From: a virus | Reading direction: 5' to 3' (one strand) | DNA length: 64,000 bases | IMG/VR virus record: IMGVR_UViG_3300050821_003907 | Location: 1 to 64,000 of that record | Shown here: positions 9,452 to 14,898 of the stretch, piece by piece | Layout: each line of letters starts with the position of its first letter | How positions within the stretch are numbered: the first letter of the stretch is position 1 | Notes under the pieces: model-generated | The model's database searches: none | Told to the model about the DNA's origin: nothing | What the model saw: only the letters and a program-made list of their open reading frames with translations | Made by a program: the position numbers and the translations under genes

Positions 9452-9538
9452 ATAAGCAAGATGACCTGAGCAGGGACGTGTGCCTAGAATCCCGGCTTCC
9501 GGGAATAGCTAGACATATTTCTTTGTTCAGGTCACCAT

Positions 9539-9613
9539 GGGCCATTAGCTCCAATTTGGTAGAGCAACACCTTTGCACGGTGAAGGTTGTCGGTTCGAAT
9601 CCGACATGGTCCA
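9539..9613 (+). tRNA. tRNA-Ala(TGC)
   Basis: G3.U70 acceptor pair; loop TTTGCAC. Confidence 0.9.
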
Positions 9614-9795
9614 CTTGCCAGGAGGCGCAAGTTCGAATCTTGCCTGGGTGACGGTGAAGCGTATGAGAGTGCGTGGAGTTGCCCGGTGTTGTATGGAGGG
9701 AGCATACCTGGCCATAGGTCACGGAGGTCGCCGTTTGAATCGGCACTCGCCCCAACAGGGGCAGGATGGTGTAGAACGACTAGCACACCGTGCTT
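9614..9795 (+). pseudogene. Degenerate tRNA fragments (isolated T-arms and a 5' half)
   Basis: GCAAG-TTCGAAT-CTTGC and GCCG-TTTGAAT-CGGC T-arms; TGGTGTAGAACGACTAGCAC D-arm; no complete cloverleaf found. Confidence 0.5.
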
Positions 9796-9798
9796 TAT

Positions 9799-9873
9799 CA
9801 GGTTGTAGCTCAGCTTGGACAGAGTGCTCCCCCCGGACGGGAGAAGTCGAAGGTTCGAATCCTTCCAGCCTGA
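9799..9873 (+). tRNA. tRNA-Pro(CGG), atypical loop C33/A37
   Basis: CAGGTTG/CAGCCTG; CTCCC-CCCGGAC-GGGAG. Confidence 0.8.
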
Positions 9874-9892
9874 CTAGCTCAGTGATGAGCGA

Positions 9893-9934
9893 ATTGTCGT
9901 GATTTCCGAGGCAATCAAAATAAATCGGGCTCCA
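9893..9934 (+). ncRNA. 42 nt putative pseudoknot, copy 1
   Basis: Near-identical to 10073-10114 with compensatory stem changes. Confidence 0.6.
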
Positions 9935-10009
9935 CAGGGTGTAGCGCAGCTTGGTTAGCGTGCCTGCTCGGGATGCAGGAGGTCGTGGGTTCGAATCCCA
10001 CCACTCTGA
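9935..10009 (+). tRNA. tRNA-Pro(GGG), atypical loop C33/A37
   Basis: CAGGGTG/CACTCTG; CCTGC-TCGGGAT-GCAGG. Confidence 0.8.
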
Positions 10010-10072
10010 CGCAAACAAGAAACCTCGGTTCAATTCCGGGCTTGTAGTTCAGTGGAAGAACGCTTGTGACGT

Positions 10073-10114
10073 GTTGTTGTGATTTCCGAGACAACCAAAA
10101 TAAATCGGACTCCA
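10073..10114 (+). ncRNA. 42 nt putative pseudoknot, copy 2
   Basis: See copy 1. Confidence 0.6.
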
Positions 10115-10189
10115 CGGGATATAGCTCAGCTTGGTCAGAGCGCCTGGTTTGGGGCCAGGAAGTCGAGTGTTCGAATCACTCTATCCCGA
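10115..10189 (+). tRNA. tRNA-Pro(TGG)
   Basis: CCTGG-TTTGGGG-CCAGG. Confidence 0.9.
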
Positions 10190-10277
10190 CGCGGAGAACT
10201 GCGTGGTGTACGTTACTAGGACATGGGGGCCTAGGGCGTCAGTAGCTGGCTTTGGCCTGATAAGCACCACACATTAT

Positions 10278-10349
10278 GGCTCTCTAGCTCATACGGTAGA
10301 GCACTCGGTTGAAGCCCGAGATAAAGAGGTTCAAGTCCTCTGGGAGCCA
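10278..10349 (+). tRNA. tRNA-Phe(GAA)
   Basis: CTCGG-TTGAAGC-CCGAG (G37). Confidence 0.9.
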
Positions 10350-10443
10350 CGCGGCCGAAGTACAAGGCTGAAAACGCGGGACAACGGTTCTCTAGTCTTT
10401 CGCCCGCTCGGTAGACCTCATGCCCTACTGATTAGATGACAAT

Positions 10444-10515
10444 GCGAGTGTTGGTTAATGGTTAAACTCCCACTCTTCCAAAGTGGCACTGCGGGTTCGA
10501 ATCCCGTCACTCGCT
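10444..10515 (+). tRNA. tRNA-Gly(TCC)
   Basis: CCACT-CTTCCAA-AGTGG; U73. Confidence 0.9.
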
Positions 10516-10519
10516 CTTT

Positions 10520-10591
10520 GCCCCGTTAGCATAACGGTAGTGCAGCTGGCTCTTACCCAGCGTTGTCAGGGTTCGAATCCCTGGCGGGGTA
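10520..10591 (+). tRNA. tRNA-Lys(CTT)
   Basis: GCTGG-CTCTTAC-CCAGC. Confidence 0.9.
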
Positions 10592-10607
10592 CTGCTAAAC
10601 TGTAGTC

Positions 10608-10808
10608 ATGAAGAAACTCTTTGTAGCCATATTCACGATTGCAGCGATAGCGTTGGGCAGCAGTTCAGCCCTAGCCTCACAGTCTCACCCGGCTCCGAAC
10701 ACTTCCTGTTCGCGACTCGGTACAAGGGCTGTGTATCACAGTTACTGGTTCTTGCGTTGCGAGCGTTACCACAGTCAGACTATCTGGAGGATTGTGGGAC
10801 ACTTTTAA
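10608..10808 (+). CDS. Small secreted protein inside the tRNA array
   Basis: MKK + hydrophobic signal peptide + ALA site; TAAACT-N6-ATG. Confidence 0.7.
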   Translation: MKKLFVAIFTIAAIALGSSSALASQSHPAPNTSCSRLGTRAVYHSYWFLRCERYHSQTIWRIVGHF

Positions 10809-10815
10809 AAGGTTT

Positions 10816-10890
10816 GCCCGACTAGGCCAATTGGGTAGAGTCGCCGGTCTCAAAAATCGGATGTTCGGGGTTCGAGTCCCCGGTCGGGCA
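10816..10890 (+). tRNA. tRNA-Leu(CAA), short variable loop
   Basis: CCGGT-CTCAAAA-ATCGG; A73. Confidence 0.85.
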
Positions 10891-10891
10891 C

Positions 10892-10968
10892 TGCGGGTTG
10901 GAGAAGCTAGGTATCTCGCCAGGCCCATAATCTGGAGAACCCCGGTTCAAATCCGGGACCCGCCCCCA
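10892..10968 (+). tRNA. tRNA-Met(CAT), initiator-like
   Basis: U1:C72 mismatch; loop CCCATAA; encoded CCA. Confidence 0.8.
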
Positions 10969-10971
10969 CTT

Positions 10972-11042
10972 GCCTGGGTAGTTCAATGGGAGAACACTGG
11001 TCTCATAAGCCAGACACGAGGGTTCGATTCCCTCCCTAGGTA
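10972..11042 (+). tRNA. tRNA-Met(CAT) elongator (Ile2 not excluded)
   Basis: CTGGT-CTCATAA-GCCAG. Confidence 0.8.
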
Positions 11043-11078
11043 CTGGTACACTTAGGTGTACCCGCGCGAAAGCGCTAA

Positions 11079-11150
11079 TCCTCAATAACTCAACGGCAGA
11101 GTGTCCGCCTGTTAAGCGGAGAGTTGCTGGTTCGAATCCAGCTTGAGGAG
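11079..11150 (+). tRNA. tRNA-Asn(GTT)
   Basis: TCCGC-CTGTTAA-GCGGA; G73. Confidence 0.9.
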
Positions 11151-11169
11151 CTTCCTCGCAAGAGGATAT

Positions 11170-11244
11170 GGCTCTATAGCTCAACTTGGTCAGAGCACCG
11201 TCCTGTCACGACGGAGGTTACGGGTTCAAATCCCGTTAGGGTCG
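11170..11244 (+). tRNA. tRNA-Asp(GTC)
   Basis: CCGTC-CTGTCAC-GACGG; G73. Confidence 0.9.
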
Positions 11245-11245
11245 C

Positions 11246-11319
11246 GCACCAGTAGCACAACGGAATAATGCACTTGACTACGAATCAAGAGACTGGGGGT
11301 TCGAATCCCTCCTGGTGTA
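11246..11319 (+). tRNA. tRNA-Arg(ACG)
   Basis: CTTGA-CTACGAA-TCAAG. Confidence 0.9.
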
Positions 11320-11338
11320 CTGCGCAGAAATGCGCTAA

Positions 11339-11410
11339 GCCCACTTAGCTCAGCGGAAGAGCGGCTGGCCTACACCCAGCGGGTCGGGAGTTCAAATCTC
11401 TCAGTGGGTA
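11339..11410 (+). tRNA. tRNA-Val(TAC), C33
   Basis: GCTGG-CCTACAC-CCAGC. Confidence 0.85.
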
Positions 11411-11411
11411 C

Positions 11412-11487
11412 GGTGACCGTGGTGTAATGGTTAACACGCTAGTTTGTGAAACTAGCCATCTGGGTTCAATTCCCAGCGGTCACACCA
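11412..11487 (+). tRNA. tRNA-His(GTG), G-1 opposite A73
   Basis: CTAGT-TTGTGAA-ACTAG; encoded CCA. Confidence 0.9.
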
Positions 11488-11488
11488 T

Positions 11489-11566
11489 GCCGGATACCAC
11501 GTGGAGTGGAAGCAGTCTGTAAAACTGTTGCCTTTGGCACCGGGGGTTCGATTCCCTCATCCGGCA
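11489..11566 (+). tRNA. tRNA-Tyr(GTA)
   Basis: GCAGT-CTGTAAA-ACTGT; variable arm TGCC-TTT-GGCA; short D-arm. Confidence 0.85.
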
Positions 11567-11583
11567 CTGCGCGAAAGCGCTAT

Positions 11584-11654
11584 TCCGGGGTCGTCTAACG
11601 GCAGGACGATAGGCTCTGAACCTGTTAATTGGAGTTCGAATCTCTGCCCCGGAG
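11584..11654 (+). tRNA. tRNA-Gln(CTG)
   Basis: ATAGG-CTCTGAA-CCTGT; U1-A72, G73. Confidence 0.9.
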
Positions 11655-11658
11655 CTTT

Positions 11659-11726
11659 GCCTCATGTACTGGGTACACAGCCCCTTCGTACGGGGATGTC
11701 GCGGAGTTCAATCCTCCGATGAGGCT
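11659..11726 (+). tRNA. tRNA-Thr(CGT), reduced D-arm
   Basis: GCCTCAT/ATGAGGC; CCCC-TTCGTAC-GGGG. Confidence 0.75.
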
Positions 11727-11745
11727 CTGTTCCGAAAGGAACTAT

Positions 11746-11830
11746 GCGCGGATGGTGAAATGGCAGACACGCTGGAATGAGAGTCCAGTGACTCGGAAGA
11801 GTCGTGAGGGTTCAAGTCCCTCTTCGCGCA
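11746..11830 (+). tRNA. tRNA-Leu(GAG), long variable arm
   Basis: CTGGA-ATGAGAG-TCCAG; GACTC-GGAA-GAGTC. Confidence 0.9.
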
Positions 11831-11894
11831 CGAATGCCGGGTAGGGTACGTTCCGACTTAAGCGGTAAGCGTCCGGTGAAGAAAACCCAGAAAT

Positions 11895-11966
11895 GCCTCG
11901 TTAGCTCAGTGGAAGAGCAGTGCCCTTGTAAGGCGAAGGTCGCGGGTTCAAATCCTGCACGAGGCT
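11895..11966 (+). tRNA. tRNA-Thr(TGT)
   Basis: Loop CTTGTAA. Confidence 0.9.
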
Positions 11967-11979
11967 CGTAGTACATTAA

Positions 11980-12050
11980 TGCGGTATCGTCTAACGGCAG
12001 GACGACGGGTTTTGGTCCCGTCTATCGAGGTTCGAATCCTTGTACCGCAG
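11980..12050 (+). tRNA. tRNA-Gln(TTG)
   Basis: ACGGG-TTTTGGT-CCCGT. Confidence 0.9.
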
Positions 12051-12126
12051 CGATGGTGGTTTCCCGATAGGGAACGTAAGATGGGGAGTGCCTTATTAGG
12101 TGCCACTGAGAAAAGCTCCCCGTTAT

Positions 12127-12199
12127 GCCTATATAGCTCCAATGGCAGAGCAGTTCCATGGTAAGGAACAGGTTTCCGGTTCGAGTCCGGATATAGGCT
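12127..12199 (+). tRNA. tRNA-Thr(GGT)
   Basis: GTTCC-ATGGTAA-GGAAC. Confidence 0.9.
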
Positions 12200-12218
12200 C
12201 TGAGATGAAAGTCTCTGT

Positions 12219-12290
12219 GTGGATGTGGCGCAACGGTAGCGTATCACCTTGCCAAGGTGATGGTTGCGGGTTCGAATCCCGTCATCCACT
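12219..12290 (+). tRNA. tRNA-Gly(GCC)
   Basis: TCACC-TTGCCAA-GGTGA. Confidence 0.9.
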
Positions 12291-12374
12291 CTCGGAGTCC
12301 AGGAGAAGGTGCCTAGGTCTGACACTTCAGTCAGGCGGGGCTGGATTAAGCGAAAGCCTGATAACCCTTCTTAT

Positions 12375-12449
12375 GCCGCTCTAGTCCAATTAGGTAGAGG
12401 CGCTGGCCTCAGAAGCCAGATGTTCGGGGTTCGAATCCCCGGAGCGGCA
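12375..12449 (+). tRNA. tRNA-Leu(CAG), short variable loop
   Basis: CTGGC-CTCAGAA-GCCAG. Confidence 0.85.
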
Positions 12450-12535
12450 CGGTCTGTGGAAGTCCCGGTTTAGGCGTCCGGGTGGCGATTGCCGTCATAG
12501 GATAAAGCTTTTAAGTCCGTCACAGAAACCCCCTT

Positions 12536-12620
12536 GGAAGATTAACCAGATAGGTTCTGGGCCTCGCTGCTAACGAGTGCGGTGTCGAGAGGCACTGGGA
12601 TTCGAGTTCTCAATCTTCCG
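12536..12620 (+). tRNA. tRNA-Ser(GCT)
   Basis: CTCG-CTGCTAA-CGAG; long arm; G73. Confidence 0.85.
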
Positions 12621-12624
12621 CTTT

Positions 12625-12699
12625 GGCCGCCTAGCCCAATTTGGCAGAGGCGCAGGCTTTAGGTGCCTGAGGTTGTGGGTTCGAGTCCCATGGCGGCTA
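12625..12699 (+). tRNA. tRNA-Leu(TAG), short variable loop
   Basis: CAGGC-TTTAGGT-GCCTG. Confidence 0.85.
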
Positions 12700-12710
12700 C
12701 GCAGTAACAT

Positions 12711-12794
12711 GGAGAGTGAACCTAGCAGGGCTGGGCACTCGCTGGAAACGAGCTGGGCGTCGTAGACGCTGGGATTCGAGTTCTCCGCTCTCCG
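12711..12794 (+). tRNA. tRNA-Ser(GGA)
   Basis: CTCG-CTGGAAA-CGAG; long arm. Confidence 0.85.
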
Positions 12795-12867
12795 CTTGGG
12801 TGCACGGCTCTCAGCTCCTCTCTGACCCTACCGTGAAGCTCTGTCAGTCCAATAAACGAGAGCGCCT

Positions 12868-12951
12868 GGAAGATGAACCCGTAAGGCTACGGGCGCTGCC
12901 TCGAAAACAGATGGGCCTGAAAGGGCTGGGTTTCGAATACTCCGTCTTCCG
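12868..12951 (+). tRNA. tRNA-Ser(CGA)
   Basis: Loop CTCGAAA; long arm; GGAAGAT/GTCTTCC. Confidence 0.8.
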
Positions 12952-13024
12952 CGCTGCGATGGTCACTATCGCGTTCAGGGCACCCTGCCGTGCCGTCAGC
13001 TTGGCTGAACAAAAGCGACACCGT

Positions 13025-13105
13025 GGGAGGTTAGCCAGCGGCCTGGCAATCCGGTTTGAACCCGGATGCACCGAAAGGTGCGGGGGTCGGCACCTCAACC
13101 TTCCG
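13025..13105 (+). tRNA. tRNA-Ser(TGA), aberrant T-loop
   Basis: TCCGG-TTTGAAC-CCGGA; T-loop GTCGGCA. Confidence 0.75.
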
Positions 13106-13109
13106 CTTT

Positions 13110-13183
13110 GGCTCACAGTCCACCTGGTGGGTGGAACTACCCTGATAAGGTAGACGGGCTGGGTTCAATTCCCAGGTGAGCTA
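13110..13183 (+). tRNA. tRNA-Ile(GAT)
   Basis: CTACC-CTGATAA-GGTAG. Confidence 0.85.
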
Positions 13184-13184
13184 C

Positions 13185-13262
13185 GGGACCGTGGCCAAGT
13201 TGGTGAAGGCTCCTGTCTTATAAACAGGTAATGCGTGGGTTCAAACCCCACCGGTCCTACCA
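13185..13262 (+). tRNA. tRNA-Ile(TAT)
   Basis: CCTGT-CTTATAA-ACAGG; encoded CCA. Confidence 0.85.
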
Positions 13263-13263
13263 T

Positions 13264-13339
13264 GCCTCTCTATGTCTCAAAAGAGTAGAGCAACCGACTT
13301 TTAATCGGAGGGTTCAGGGTTCGAGTCCCTGGGGAGGCA
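13264..13339 (+). tRNA. tRNA-Lys(TTT)
   Basis: CCGA-CTTTTAA-TCGG; irregular D-arm. Confidence 0.8.
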
Positions 13340-13343
13340 CTGT

Positions 13344-13415
13344 GCGGCAGCTGACGTACTCAGACGGGAATCTTCTAAATTCCTAGGCAGGGTTAGACTC
13401 CCTGGTGCCGCGCCA
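13344..13415 (+). tRNA. tRNA-Arg(TCT), atypical
   Basis: GGAAT-CTTCTAA-ATTCC; T-loop TTAGACT; encoded CCA. Confidence 0.7.
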
Positions 13416-13428
13416 AATGTAATAGCTA

Positions 13429-13503
13429 GCCCGTATGGACAAATAGGTTAAAGTCGCTGGCCTCTCAAGCCAGAGTTTCGGGGTTCGATTCCCCGTACGG
13501 GCA
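13429..13503 (+). tRNA. tRNA-Glu(CTC)
   Basis: CTGGC-CTCTCAA-GCCAG. Confidence 0.9.
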
Positions 13504-13575
13504 CGCACCAGAGCTTGCGGGAGAGTACTCCGGGAAACCGGAAGCGCAGAAGATGCTCAGTAGACAAGCACCCAT

Positions 13576-13651
13576 GGCCCCATGGACAAATTGGTTAAAG
13601 TCACCTGCCTTTCAAGCAGGAGTTTTCAGGGTTCAAGTCCCTGTGGGGTCA
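13576..13651 (+). tRNA. tRNA-Glu(TTC)
   Basis: CCTGC-CTTTCAA-GCAGG. Confidence 0.9.
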
Positions 13652-13655
13652 CTGT

Positions 13656-13727
13656 GCTTCCGGTAGTGGACCTACCGCATTCCCTCCGAAGGAAAGCTGC
13701 TCGGTTCGATTCCGAGCGGAAGTGCCA
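13656..13727 (+). tRNA. tRNA-Arg(CCG), reduced D-arm
   Basis: TTCC-CTCCGAA-GGAA; GCTTCCG/CGGAAGT; encoded CCA. Confidence 0.75.
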
Positions 13728-13728
13728 T

Positions 13729-13800
13729 GGCAGAATGGGCAAATGGTTAAGTCACGCGGCTGCAACCCGCGAGTTTCGGGTTCGATTCCCGGTTCTGCCT
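13729..13800 (+). tRNA. tRNA-Cys(GCA)
   Basis: CGCGG-CTGCAAC-CCGCG; U73. Confidence 0.9.
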
Positions 13801-13988
13801 CTGGAGAAGCGTGGAGGCTATAGTCAGGTACTAGGGCAAGTCTCCTAAACGTGCTGGCAGGCGGAAAGCTGGGTGATGCCGAGAAGTAAGGCAGGTAAAA
13901 CTGAACCACTTCTGGCGGAGAACCGCATTCTAGCTATAGCTTAAGAACGAGGCGACGCTACGCGCCTACTCCACCTTCTCTTTAAAAT

Positions 13989-14057
13989 GCCCTCGCTGGC
14001 GGATTCAGCGCCGAGCCTCCTAAGCTTGGCTACCCGGTTCGACTCCGGGCGAGGGCA
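13989..14057 (+). tRNA. tRNA-Arg(CCT), reduced D-arm
   Basis: CGAGC-CTCCTAA-GCTTG; GCCCTCG/CGAGGGC. Confidence 0.75.
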
Positions 14058-14163
14058 CTTATTGCTTATCACTGTTGAGTTCACTTATGCGTGTGTGATA
14101 ATATTTGCGGTGAATGCTCGTTTAAGCCTTCGCAAATCCTCACGCATAGTAAGAGAGAACGTA

Positions 14164-14898
14164 ATGGGTACGCGTCTGAAGACGTACTGGTGGAACGAGC
14201 ACCCTAATTTTGGTGATGCGCTTGCCCCGCTTTTGCTTAAGAGATTCGCGGGTACCGACAGCAAGTGGGACACCATCTGCCGAGCTGACGTTATCGTGAC
14301 TGGCTCCATACTGGAGCACGTGCCGCCGCTTTGGAGTGGTCACGTAATAGGGGTAGGCCAGCTTTATGAAGACTCTCGCCTGCACCTGCACACGAAGACG
14401 GCAAAGGTATGGGCCATCCGAGGTCCCCTGTCGGCTCGTAGTGTTCCCGGAGACTATGCCCTGGGAGACCCCGGCTTGCTGGCTGACGAGCTCGTCTACG
14501 TTCATCACAGGGACGTAGCGCTAGGTGTGGTGCCACACTGGACAGATACCTCCCTCGCGAAGAATCCACTCTGGTACAGCCCGAACTGGCAGACGCTGGT
14601 AATTGACCCCGCTGGCGACCCGCTAGACGTTGTACGTTCGATTGGGCGCTGCCAGAAGATTGTGACAAGCTCCCTTCACGGCATGATTGTCGCAGATGCT
14701 TTTGGCATTCCGCGCCGCTATGAGCTTAATCCGGGTGCCAGTAAGTACGAAGGTGGCTTGTTCAAGTTTCGTGACTACAGTCAGTCAATAGGCGCTTCCT
14801 TTGAGCCGGGGAAGGTAATTGAAGCTTCACGATTCAAGGTGGAAGACCGTAAGCACGAATTGTACGACGCTTTCAAGGCGCTAGGGAGCACACTGTGA
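14164..14898 (+). CDS. Polysaccharide pyruvyl transferase family protein (ExoV-like)
   Basis: NFGDAL, GSIL, AIRGPLS, LGDPGLL, LGVVPH, VTSSLHGMIVADAFGIP motifs. Confidence 0.8.
   Translation: MGTRLKTYWWNEHPNFGDALAPLLLKRFAGTDSKWDTICRADVIVTGSILEHVPPLWSGHVIGVGQLYEDSRLHLHTKTAKVWAIRGPLSARSVPGDYALGDPGLLADELVYVHHRDVALGVVPHWTDTSLAKNPLWYSPNWQTLVIDPAGDPLDVVRSIGRCQKIVTSSLHGMIVADAFGIPRRYELNPGASKYEGGLFKFRDYSQSIGASFEPGKVIEASRFKVEDRKHELYDAFKALGSTL

Noticed and set aside
9893-9934. SAM-II or preQ1-I riboswitch identity for the pseudoknot
   Set aside because: Shares UGAUUU and AUAAAU words, but the loop is too short for SAM-II, ligand-contact bases are not recognisable, and the downstream gene is a tRNA
11835-11880. 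CCG-ACTTAAG-CGG as an ochre-suppressor anticodon arm
   Set aside because: No D-arm, T-loop or full acceptor stem around it
12350-12364. Hammerhead ribozyme (GAAA and CUGAUAA words)
   Set aside because: Core needs CUGANGA and a three-stem arrangement around GAAA and NUH that is absent
13344-13415. Possible amber suppressor (CTA visible in loop)
   Set aside because: Stem GGAAT/ATTCC places the loop as CTTCTAA, so the anticodon is TCT (Arg)
9414-13909. Many 60-145 aa ORFs across the tRNA array
   Set aside because: They overlap clear cloverleaves and lack RBS or protein-like composition; only 10608-10808 is supported
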